Assembly (NCBI GenBank): GCA_963664115.2
Contig: CAXWPJ010000012.1
Location: 480,001 to 544,000 of the forward strand
Source of the DNA: Terriglobia bacterium
GTDB taxonomy: Bacteria; Acidobacteriota; Terriglobia; 20CM-2-55-15
Length of the DNA stretch: 64,000 nucleotides
Direction of reading: 5' to 3'
Shown here: in pieces, positions 31,120 through 40,281 of the stretch
Layout of the letters: every line of letters begins with the position of its first letter
Numbering within the stretch: position 1 is the stretch's first letter
Translations under genes and position numbers: made by a program
The notes under the pieces: generated by a model
The model's input: only the letters and a program-made list of their open reading frames with translations
What the model was told of the DNA's origin: nothing
The model's database searches: none

Positions 31120-32037
31120 ATGGAAAATGAAGAAATCCGAGGCGAGGGGAAACGCCTTGAGGCGAAAGACCTGTCTCCGGAAGTCATGAGGTTCGTCGAC
31201 AATTACATTCACGGCTTCATCGATCGCCGCGCGTTTCTTGACGGCGTAGGGAAGCTGGCGTTGGCCGGTTTGACCGCTCTAGCGATACTCGATGCGTTTA
31301 CCCCAAACTATGCTGCGGGTCAAATTACCGCGGCAAACGACCCGCGAGTTTGGACCGAGTATTTGCAGTTTGCTTCCCCCGAGGGCCACCGGGGGATGGG
31401 CGGGTATTTCGCACGACCTGCAGATGCTCCGGCCCCGCTGCCGGGCGTCGTCTGTATCCATGGCGGCCAAGGCCTCTACGCGCATCACGAAGACATCGCC
31501 CGACGCGCAGCACTCGAGGGTTTCGTGGCCTTCGCACCGGACGCGATAGCTCCACTTGGGGGACATCCCGGTACGCGTGAGGGGGCGCAGGCGCTGATGG
31601 CTCAGTTGGATCCCGATAAGAGAACCGAGGACTTCATCGCCGCCGTGAATTTCTTAAGGAATCATTCGGCGACGACTAATAGAATCGGAGTCGTGGGCTT
31701 CTGTTGGGGCGGAGGCATGGTGAACAGTCTCGCTGTACGGATGCCGGACCTCGATGCGGCCGTGTCTTACTATGGCGTGCAGCCCGAGGCGACAGAGGTT
31801 TCGAAGATCAGAACTCCCTTGTTGCTTCACTATGCCGGACTGGATGAACGTGTAAACGCGGGATGGCCGGTGTACGAGGCTGCTCTCCGAGCGGCGGGAA
31901 CAGACTACAGGGCCTACATGTATGAAGGTGCCCAACATAACTTCAACGGCGATACGGACGACCTCCGCTACAACAAGGCGGCGGCGGATCTCGCCTGGCA
32001 ACGCACGATGGACTTCTTCAACGAGCACCTGCGCTAA
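31120..32037 (+). CDS. Dienelactone hydrolase, YghX-like
   Basis: YIHGFIDRRAFL; GFCWGG; HNF. Confidence 0.9.
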   Translation: MENEEIRGEGKRLEAKDLSPEVMRFVDNYIHGFIDRRAFLDGVGKLALAGLTALAILDAFTPNYAAGQITAANDPRVWTEYLQFASPEGHRGMGGYFARPADAPAPLPGVVCIHGGQGLYAHHEDIARRAALEGFVAFAPDAIAPLGGHPGTREGAQALMAQLDPDKRTEDFIAAVNFLRNHSATTNRIGVVGFCWGGGMVNSLAVRMPDLDAAVSYYGVQPEATEVSKIRTPLLLHYAGLDERVNAGWPVYEAALRAAGTDYRAYMYEGAQHNFNGDTDDLRYNKAAADLAWQRTMDFFNEHLR

Positions 32038-32164
32038 GATTCTCGGCCATAGACTTCGCTACTATCGTTGCTGGCCAAACGGCCGTGAATTTGGCCGGGC
32101 GGCTCAATGTGGGCAATGACTGAGAAAGATCACTTGATCTTGACCGCGACGGAGGCGAAAGTTT

Positions 32165-32209
32165 AAGTGTGGCGACCAGGTGGACCAGCAGGATGATGAG
32201 GTCGCGCAT
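32165..32209 (-). pseudogene. Very short 5' remnant of an integrase-core (rve) transposase
   Basis: MRDLIILLVHLVATL resembles the start of such transposases. Confidence 0.35.
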
Positions 32210-32411
32210 CGAGACATCCTAGCGACCTCTCCCAGGATCACAAGACTTGATACCTCAAAGGATTGCGGGACAGGTTGGTAACTCGCCACCCACAGGTTCC
32301 TATTTCGACCTTGACAGGGACCGGCACCTTGATGCTCCATAAGGGTGAACTTTCCGGGACGAGAAGAAGCGATGGCGTGATCTTCTTGTAACGTGATCTC
32401 TTTCATAGAGA

Positions 32412-33188
32412 ATGGTCGTTGGCTTCTTGGACATAACCACTCAACGTCAAGCGCTCGCGACGGTTGCCATTGCTACTGTGCTTTTGGCGCTGGCCGGATA
32501 TCACCCAACTGACCTTGACGCCCAGTCTCCGGGATCCGTAAGTGACGTTCCTGACCTCTCGGGGAACTGGGAGAGGAGAGGGAGTGTCGGAGAGGATGGT
32601 CCTGTCCGCTTGACGGCCCGAGCCATTGGGTTTCGGGAGATGTTCGACGAAGCGCTGGCGCCGAGATATGACTGCCGGCCGGCCACCGCACCAGTCATCA
32701 TTCGTGACCCCTACAACTTTCGAATCGAGCAGCAGGCGGACCGGGTGCTTCTCCGCTATGAGAAGGATGACGTCGTTCGTACCGTCTGGCTGGAGGGGTA
32801 CGGCCATCCGACACCAGGTCCGGCTGATTTCACCATGCAAGGGCACTCGATCGGTCGGTACGAGGGAGACAGCTTGGTGATCGAGACCACGAAGTTTGAT
32901 TTTGATCCGAACGGGCACGTCAACTCGGGGAATGTGGCCTCCTCGACGCTGAAGAAGGTGAGCGAGCGATATTGGCGCGTCGGCGACCGTTTGAGAGTGG
33001 AGGTGGTCGCCGAGGATCCGCTCATTCTGCTGGAGCCGTATAGTTTCGTTTACGAATGGGGACCCACCGAGACAGCGTTGGCAGCGTTCAACTGCGTCCC
33101 GGAGGACGCGAGGTTCCCGGCGCAATTCTTCCCTTCGAAGTACAGGGATCCGGACTGGGTTCGGCTGCCACAGAGTGACTCGCCGTAG
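32412..33188 (+). CDS. Secreted hypothetical protein (DUF6152 partner type)
   Basis: PDLSGNW, C.P, GHSIGRYEGDSLVIET, ERYW, DP..L.EP, F.C. Confidence 0.75.
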   Translation: MVVGFLDITTQRQALATVAIATVLLALAGYHPTDLDAQSPGSVSDVPDLSGNWERRGSVGEDGPVRLTARAIGFREMFDEALAPRYDCRPATAPVIIRDPYNFRIEQQADRVLLRYEKDDVVRTVWLEGYGHPTPGPADFTMQGHSIGRYEGDSLVIETTKFDFDPNGHVNSGNVASSTLKKVSERYWRVGDRLRVEVVAEDPLILLEPYSFVYEWGPTETALAAFNCVPEDARFPAQFFPSKYRDPDWVRLPQSDSP

Positions 33189-33260
33189 TTCCGTGACGGG
33201 GTGGCGATCGTGAACGCTGCACGCGTCGGGTCTATACCCGAGCTACGGGAGGTCAGCAAG

Positions 33261-33695
33261 ATGAGATCCTGGTTATCGACAATATTGGCGGCGAGCGTCA
33301 CCGTTTCAATCCTCGTCGCCGCTGCGCTGGCGTTGGCCTCGGATGCGTTCGCTCACCACAGTCAGCAGTACTTCGATTCCGAGACGATCGTCACGGTCCA
33401 GGGTCGACTGACCCGTCTCGACTGGCGGAATCCCCATGTGTACATCTACGTCGAGGTGACGGAGGCAAGCGGCGACACGGTCGACTGGAGAATCGAAACA
33501 CATCCCGTGCGCGTCATGCTGGGTGGAGGCTGGACGCAGGACTCGCTCAGGCCCGGAGAGCAGGTGACCGTCGAAGCTCACCCGGTTAAGAACGCACAGA
33601 CAACGCAGAGATATGCGCGGCTCGCTCGGCTCACCAGAGAGGACGGTACCGTCCTGATGGAGCCCACAGGGGGCGGCCGCCTCGTCGCGCAATGA
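33261..33695 (+). CDS. DUF6152-like secreted protein
   Basis: AHHS...DWRNPHVY...PGEQVTV. Confidence 0.85.
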   Translation: MRSWLSTILAASVTVSILVAAALALASDAFAHHSQQYFDSETIVTVQGRLTRLDWRNPHVYIYVEVTEASGDTVDWRIETHPVRVMLGGGWTQDSLRPGEQVTVEAHPVKNAQTTQRYARLARLTREDGTVLMEPTGGGRLVAQ

Positions 33696-34040
33696 GCGGG
33701 CAGATTGGCCATACGAATCCGAATGCTGGCTGAGGGGCTCTGCCTGGGGCACATACGTTAACAGGCCTTTGGGCCCTCGGGCGAAGCACACCGAACTTTC
33801 ACTGGATTGCTGATGAGTTCTCCCGCCTGTGGGTCCAAGCGACGTGCGTTGAGTCTGCCTTGGGTGAGTGTATGTCGTCAGGACAATTCGGACAGACGCG
33901 CCGTTTTTCTAAGAGACGGTTTTCAAGTTACACCATTCCACTAACGTCTTTTCCGTGACCTCCCCCCAGACACTTCGGGCACTTCGCAACCTCTGACAGG
34001 AGGCCACGCCCAATTCATAGCAGTTTTCAGGAATTACAGT

Positions 34041-34078
34041 TCTCAACGTCCGAGAAGATGATTTCTCAGGACTTGAGA
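34041..34078 (+). repeat. Palindromic site
   Basis: tctcaacgtccgagaagatgatttctcaggacttgaga. Confidence 0.95.
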
Positions 34079-34140
34079 ACTACATTTCTCATAATAGCCG
34101 GTTAAACGGCCAGCGCAACTGCTGGACTGGACACCCTGGT

Positions 34141-34509
34141 TTAGTCAGCCAGTTGGACGAGCTGCAGTTCATTCCCGGACGGGTCCTTAAGGGTCGCTAG
34201 CCACCCGCCCCAATGCTGCTGCTCTGGTTCGCCAGAAAACTGAACGTCAAGAGCTGACAGCTGTTGATGCTTTGACCTAATGTCACCGACCGCAAACGAT
34301 ACTCCCGTGAAGCGACCAACCAATACTTGCTCATCTTGCGGTGCGTCTTTTGCCACGGCCTCGATAACGAGCTGGGGACCGCCAGCATTTAAGATACAGA
34401 CGCCATGATCGAGATCTTTCGTCTCCAGCGTAAGGCCTAATTGGTCAACGTAAAAGCGTTCGGCTTCCGCAACATCATTAACAAATATTCGCACTGCGCT
34501 GAGATTCAT
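34141..34509 (-). CDS. VOC/glyoxalase family protein
   Basis: IFVNDV..AERFY..LGL; WGG...LKDPSGN.LQL. Confidence 0.9.
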   Translation of the reverse strand: MNLSAVRIFVNDVAEAERFYVDQLGLTLETKDLDHGVCILNAGGPQLVIEAVAKDAPQDEQVLVGRFTGVSFAVGDIRSKHQQLSALDVQFSGEPEQQHWGGWLATLKDPSGNELQLVQLAD

Positions 34510-34582
34510 ATGCTCTCTCTATATGATGGACTTACCTGCCTATCAGGGTGCAGTCGTCTTGTCCCTGGCCGAAAATGTGAAA

Positions 34583-34620
34583 TCTCAACGTCCGACAAGA
34601 TGATTTCTCAGGACTTGAGA
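34583..34620 (+). repeat. Palindromic site
   Basis: tctcaacgtccgacaagatgatttctcaggacttgaga. Confidence 0.95.
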
Positions 34621-35342
34621 TCTGTCTTTGCAAGGGCGTGCCTGGCGTATATTTCACTCTGGGTCTGGAAAGACTCGGACGGTCCGCTCAGCGAAAGACT
34701 CTTGCCTCATCATGTGAATCACCAATTGGTTGTAACGGTCGTTCGGCGCCACCGTTTCAGCGAATTGTGAAGCCACGTCCACAACACTCTCTATGAAAGT
34801 GCGTGCGAAATACATCGACCATCCACCGTAACCCATTTTCCAGCTGTGTCGTGAAGCTCTGGTACCCGTCAGCTATGCCGGACATCGAACCCCATAAACG
34901 TCATTATGTGAATATTGCACATGGGGTTTGAATTACCTATCATCGTCAGCGGGAAGATAGGCAACCGGCTCGTGACGTTCAGCCTCCCCGAGGTGTTTTG
35001 ATTTCGGATGGCGGCGACCGGGGCGGACGAGTGCGCTGTTGACGCGAGCGTTGGGGTGCCTCGCTGCGCCCCGCGCACCAGCGCTGTGAGGATGACGCTC
35101 ACGTAGCCATTTCATGAGAGCCTCCGCGTCGAGGGCCCAGACGTGGTCGTCGTCCTCCTGAAGAGCGCCCCCGACTAGGGCTCAACCTATCCCTGGATTC
35201 GGACCACCGCAGGCTACTAAACAGGGCCGCGCGGACATGGGATGATCACACAAGACGTGCGACCCGAGCCGCGATGAGCGCCGGGCGCTGATAGAGTTGC
35301 AGTGCGTTGTGTGTGAAACTACAATCATTTTGGGGAGGCATC

Positions 35343-35837
35343 ATGTCTACAACGATCCGGTTTCTTTCGACGCTGGGGTGTGTGTGCGCCTTGGCAGTTC
35401 CAGCCGCGGCGCAGCTTACCGTCCGCAGGGATCTTTCCTATGCCATGGCCAGGACTGTTGCGGACACCACGATGGCGCGTTGTCTAACGGAGAACCTACA
35501 GGTTTCGATTCACGTCATAGACAGTAGCGGCGACACGATTGTTGCCTTGCGCGGAGACGGCGCGCGGCCGTTCACCTTCGAGAACAGCTACGAAAAGGCC
35601 TTTACGGCGATGGCGTTCCGCCGCCCCAGCGCCGAGATGCAGGCCGAGTATGTAGAAGGCAACATGACCCGTGCGCAGCAGGCCGATTTTCCGCATGTGG
35701 TGATGATCGGCGGTGGGATGCCGATTATCGCTGATGGCGAAGTGGTCGGTGGTGTCGGGATTTCGGGTGCGGCAAGCACAGCAACCGATGTCTGCGTGCA
35801 AGCCGGAATCGACGCGGTCGCCGCGCAGCTACGCTAG
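35343..35837 (+). CDS. Heme-binding GlcG/HbpS (DUF336) family protein
   Basis: VSIHVID..G...R.DGA...KAFTA; GGGMPI...VVGGVGISGA. Confidence 0.9.
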   Translation: MSTTIRFLSTLGCVCALAVPAAAQLTVRRDLSYAMARTVADTTMARCLTENLQVSIHVIDSSGDTIVALRGDGARPFTFENSYEKAFTAMAFRRPSAEMQAEYVEGNMTRAQQADFPHVVMIGGGMPIIADGEVVGGVGISGAASTATDVCVQAGIDAVAAQLR

Positions 35838-35868
35838 CGCTGGCCGCTTCAGGCGGGGCCTACTGCTT

Positions 35869-35970
35869 CCGCGCGACGGCCTGCGGCCGCGCGCGGATTG
35901 ACATAACACCCATACGGCGACACTGCCAGGGCTGCCATAGGTGCCGGACCCTGCTTGTTCCGCTTATCCG
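35869..35970 (+). repeat. Repeat B
   Basis: ccgcgcgacggcctgcggccgcgcgcggattgacataacacccatacggcgacact...gcttatccg. Confidence 0.9.
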
Positions 35971-36395
35971 CGCCGGACCTTCACATTGGCCGGTTTTAGG
36001 TCTCGATGGATGATCCCTTGCTCGTGTGCGGCCTCAAGGGCCTCGGCGATCTGTTTCGCAATAGGCAGAGCTTCATCAACGGGAATCGGCCCTTGTGTAA
36101 TACGGTCGGCGAGGGTCGGCCCCTCGACCAACTCCATCACGAGGGCGTGGACGCTGGTGGATTTTTCAAAGCCGTATATCTGGGCGATGTTCGGATGGTT
36201 CAACGTCGCCAGGGTTTTGGCTTCACGCTCAAACCTTGCGAGACGATCCTCATCCTTCGCAAACTCTTCAGGCAGCGTCTTGATGGCGACTTCGCGCCCA
36301 AGTTTCGTATCCCGCACACGCCACACTTCTCCCATGCCACCCTTACCTAAGAGCGTTGAGATCTCGTAGCGGCCGAGTTTGGTGCCGGATTCCAT
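35964..36395 (-). pseudogene. Ser/Thr kinase 5' fragment, truncated after HRDLKPAN
   Basis: MESGTKLGRYEISTLLGKGGMGEV...HRDLKPANVKV. Confidence 0.92.
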
Positions 36396-36497
36396 AAAAT
36401 CGTGTGTGCCGAAACGAAACGTGAAAAAGTTGGATAAATCTAACTACAGGTAGGGTTTATAAGCAAGGATGTTGTGAGCCCGAAGGCCTCGCCCAAT

Positions 36498-36535
36498 TCT
36501 CAACGTCCGAGAAGATGATTTCTCAGGACTTGAGA
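36498..36535 (+). repeat. Palindromic site
   Basis: tctcaacgtccgagaagatgatttctcaggacttgaga, identical to 34041-34078. Confidence 0.95.
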
Positions 36536-36556
36536 ATCATGTTCACGGTTGAAGGC

Positions 36557-37168
36557 TCAGAGCCCTTTCGTCATTCGATAGAACTTCAATCCCGGTATAG
36601 CCAATCTCTTCGGCCACTGCGACTCGACGTTCATCCCGCGGCGCTCGTAGAATCGGCAAGCTCCCGCATTCCTAGCTGAAACGTCGAGGGATAGTCGAGT
36701 CGATCCGCTCGCACGAGCCCGATCTTCAACGAAGTCCATCAAGACGGAGCCGACGCCATCGCCGCGAAGTTCCTTATCAACAGCGATGGCTTGGAGGTAG
36801 AAATCGCCATCGGCGATTGAATCGACAATCCGCATGATTGGAGCAAACAGTATCTCTACGGTCCTCATTTGTAGATTGAATCTTCCGGCAGCCCGCTTCA
36901 GGGGTTGGCGCGAAGAACGGCGATGCTGCTCCGCGGTGTACACGCAGACTGTTCCCACGATGACGTCGTCACGTTCTGCGAAAGTCACATTTTGGTAGGA
37001 GAGGTCGTGGTCGGGCTGGGCGAACGCCGTGGCGACTATTTGCTCGGCGCGGCGACCGAGCCAAAAACGAAAGAATCCCTCGGCTGCTTGGTCAAGGTAG
37101 CGAGCAAATGCCAGACCTTCATCGAACGTGGGTTTGGCGGCCCTTAAGACTATCGAATGCCGATCCAT
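36557..37168 (-). CDS. GNAT N-acetyltransferase
   Basis: IAVDKELRGDGVGSVLM; N.GA.RFYERRG. Confidence 0.9.
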   Translation of the reverse strand: MDRHSIVLRAAKPTFDEGLAFARYLDQAAEGFFRFWLGRRAEQIVATAFAQPDHDLSYQNVTFAERDDVIVGTVCVYTAEQHRRSSRQPLKRAAGRFNLQMRTVEILFAPIMRIVDSIADGDFYLQAIAVDKELRGDGVGSVLMDFVEDRARASGSTRLSLDVSARNAGACRFYERRGMNVESQWPKRLAIPGLKFYRMTKGL

Positions 37169-37212
37169 ATCGTCCTTCTACGCCGAACATGGTAGTAGGC
37201 CGTGCATCCAAT

Positions 37213-37298
37213 TCTCAACGTCCGAGAAGATGATTTATCAGGACTTGACCTCGAAAATCAGGGAACAGGCCCTCGTTCTTTCGGTTCCTCGAACCAGT
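37213..37298 (-). repeat. Palindromic site (core 37218-37245) plus kinase 3' stub
   Basis: acgtccgagaagatgatttatcaggacttgacctcgaaaatcagggaacagg. Confidence 0.9.
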
Positions 37299-37300
37299 GT

Positions 37301-37611
37301 TTATTTAGGGCGCGTTCTGAATCGAGAGGCGGCTTGGTTCAGGGAGTCGTGTAGTTCTTCCCAAGCTTTCTGCAGGCCTGGTTTCAGATCGTCCCAAGCT
37401 TCAGCAGTCGTTTCTTTCAATTCGCGCAACTTGTACTGCGCGGCTTCCAGTTTCCTGCGAAGTTTACTGATCTGCGCTTTAACTTCGGACGTAATGCTTC
37501 CGCTTCTGTCCCGGCAGCGGTTTCCAGTTTCCTGCGAAGTTTACTGATCTGCGCTCGCAACTCGTTGAGTCGATCTTCCACGTTCGGCCCGTCAGATCGT
37601 TGGTCAGTCAT
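37301..37611 (-). pseudogene. Small coiled-coil protein frameshifted by a ~33-bp internal duplication
   Basis: ...KLRELKETTAEAWDDLKPGLQKAWEEL..; ttccagtttcctgcgaagtttactgatctgcgct occurs twice. Confidence 0.6.
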
Positions 37612-37767
37612 CTAACCTAAGCATAATATGGAATGTCCTTGCTGTTTCCGTATCCCGAGTCAAAGACGGTACGGCAACGACTATACAACCCAGTGAAATT
37701 ACTACGGACCTACTCAGAGCCATTGGAAAGAATCATCAGGGGTTGAACGGGCTCAGTTAGTGGCAAC

Positions 37768-37975
37768 CTACGGCACCGGCACCCGCTCTTTCAGTTCTTC
37801 AAACCAGTTCAGGACGATGTTGCTTCGGTCTGGCTCTGCCTCGCTGCCTTTGAGCGCGGCATGCTGAACCATCACGAATCGTTGACCGTCGGCTGTCAAA
37901 TCGTAGACGGGAAACGGCGCCATATAGACTTCATTGCGGCCTGACTCGTCGGAGACATACGCCACCCAGTTGCCA
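37768..37975 (-). pseudogene. Kinase-TolB/PD40 C-terminal fragment with internal deletion
   Basis: AYVSDESGRNEVY..PFP / YDLTADGQRFVMV...NIVLNWFEELKERVPVP*. Confidence 0.85.
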
Positions 37976-38021
37976 ACTTTCGTTACAACAGGGCCACCGT
38001 CGAGTTCAGCTCTAACTTTCC

Positions 38022-38618
38022 TTACAGAGGCCGGATCCGGACATTTCGGAACTTAACGACACCCGCTCCATACTGGAGCGCGAAGGGCCCCTCCATATGC
38101 TCGTCATGCATGATGTCGACAGTTCGCGTGCCGTTCAGCGTCACCACAAGCCGTGAGTCATCAGCCGTGATTTCGTATGTATTCCACCGCCCTCCTGCAT
38201 TAATTACGGCCTGAGGCGCTGCGATGTTTACGATGCCGCCGGTCCTGTAGGTTTGATCGGGTCGGGTGTCGTAGATGTTCACTTCGTAACAACTATCGTC
38301 TCCGACATTCTCCCCGTCCGAGCAACGAATGAAGATGCCGCTGTTGGCGGGTTCATCCACCCAGAACTCCAATTGGAGTTCGAAGTCTCCATAGGAGGCT
38401 GCCGATACGAGGAACCCGTTGCCGCTGTCGGCCCCAACGGAACCATCATCGGCCAATTCCCAGTTGGCATCACCGATGTTGTCCCAGCCTTCGAGACTGG
38501 TACCGTCAAACAATGTCGTCCATCCGTCGCTGTCCTGACCGGATGCCGCGGGCGAAAAGTGACCACTCATGAATCCGACAACGAGCAATCCGAATGTGAT
38601 TGTCGCCAAGCGTTTCAT
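38022..38618 (-). CDS. DUF1080 (3-keto-disaccharide hydrolase) family protein
   Basis: W..LFDG.SL.GW, NSGIF.R, WN.YEI, FRNVRIR. Confidence 0.9.
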   Translation of the reverse strand: MKRLATITFGLLVVGFMSGHFSPAASGQDSDGWTTLFDGTSLEGWDNIGDANWELADDGSVGADSGNGFLVSAASYGDFELQLEFWVDEPANSGIFIRCSDGENVGDDSCYEVNIYDTRPDQTYRTGGIVNIAAPQAVINAGGRWNTYEITADDSRLVVTLNGTRTVDIMHDEHMEGPFALQYGAGVVKFRNVRIRPL

Positions 38619-38758
38619 TTAGACCCCTGATTTCGATAACGTAAAAGGGACCCACCAAACGGGGCTCTGATCGAGGAAAAGGGACCCACCCCTGATAGCC
38701 TCCCCCAGGCGTGCGCTGGATGAACCGGCACGCGAGTGGGAGGCGAGGATTGATAGGG

Positions 38759-40281
38759 ATGGATCAGTATGAGTTGGTCAGAACCGCACACCGTGTTTAC
38801 AAGAAAAGCATTCGACAGATCGCCCGGGAAACCGGACACACACGACGGACGGTCCGGAAAGTATTGGCCGGACAGGAACCCAAGTATCGGCGAGAGAAGG
38901 AGCCGGCCTGTCCGGCGATGGACCCGGTCGCTGGGATCGTCGATGCCTGGCTCCAGGCGGACCGGGACCAGCCAGTCAAGCAACGCCACACCGCGCACCG
39001 GGTGTGGCAACGTCTGGTGGAGGAGCATGACTTTACCGGAGCCGAGCCGACGGTACGCCGCTGGGTTCGGGAACGGAAGACACGGTTGGGCTGGAACCCG
39101 ACCGGTGCTGTGGTGCCGCTGGATCCGGAACACGCCCGTGAAGCCGAGGTGGACTGGGGTACGGCCTGGGTCCGGATGAACGGTGAAGACCGTCAGGTCA
39201 AGTTGTTCTGCATGCGATCCCGGTACTCGGGCAAGGCGTTTGTGCGGGCCTATCCGTGGGAACGGCAGGAGATGTTCCTGGACGGTCACATCCGTGGGTT
39301 CGACTGGTACGGGGCGTGTTCCCGACGTTAGTGTTCGATAACCTGAAAACCGCCGTGAAACAGATTCTGAGGGGGAAGGGCCGGGTTGAACAGACGCGGT
39401 TCACCGCATTTCGGGCCCACTACACGTTTGAAGCACGGTTCTGCAATCCGGCGCGGGGCCAGGAGAAAGGCGGGGTCGAGGGATTGGTCGGCTTCGCACG
39501 GAGAAACTTCCTGGTGCCGGTTCCCGAGGTGAGGGACTTCGAGGAGTTGAACGCGCAGTTGCTGGAACGCTGCGGTGCCGACGACCAGCGGAGGATCGGC
39601 GGCCGGTCCGACGATCGCACGATCGGGGAGCGGCACGCGGTGGAGCAAGAACGCCTCTTGGCACTGCCCGACACACGGTTCGAGAACACGAAGGTGGTGG
39701 GAGTCCGGATCAGCCGGTATCAGACCGCCCAGGTGGATCAGAACCGGTATTCGGTGCCGACCGCATATGTGGGACGCCGGCTCTGGGCCCATATCGGCTG
39801 TGACCGGGTGAGCTTTTACGCGGACCAGAAGAAGGTGGCCGAACATGACCGCGCCTTCGGTCATAGCGACTGGCGGATTGATCCGTTGCACTACCTGGAG
39901 TTGATCCGACGGAAAGTCGCCTCGTTTGAGAGCGCCCGGCCAATCCGGCAGTGGCGGGATCAATGGCCGGCCCATTATGAGACGGCGCTGGAACGGTTGC
40001 GGGATCGGCACGGGTACAGCCGGGGCACCCGGGAGTTCATAGCCATCCTGCAACTCCACCAGGACTGGGATCTGGGTCGGGTGTCCTCGGCCATCCAGGG
40101 CGCACTCGATGCCCACTGTATCGAGTTGGAAGCGGTCCGGCACATTCTGATGCGGGAGGACACGCCGACTCGATCCCATGCACCGCTCGAGTCCGGGTTG
40201 ATGCCCGGTATCACCGACCTGACGATCGCCCGGGCCGATCTGGATCAATATGACCGTCTCCTGGCTGGGGGTGTGCGATGA
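38759..40281 (+). pseudogene. istA: IS21 transposase IstA, frameshifted near 39315
   Basis: HTAHRVWQRL, AEVDWG in one frame; FDNLKTAV, EKGGVE in the next frame. Confidence 0.9.

Noticed and set aside
37715-37750. Further copies of the palindromic site here and near 32100-32250
   Set aside because: Only short partial matches (e.g. atcaggggttgaa); not distinguishable from chance by eye.
13659-37975. CRISPR array interpretation of the 38-bp repeat
   Set aside because: Spacing is 0.5-6 kb and irregular, the intervening DNA contains whole genes, and no cas genes are visible.
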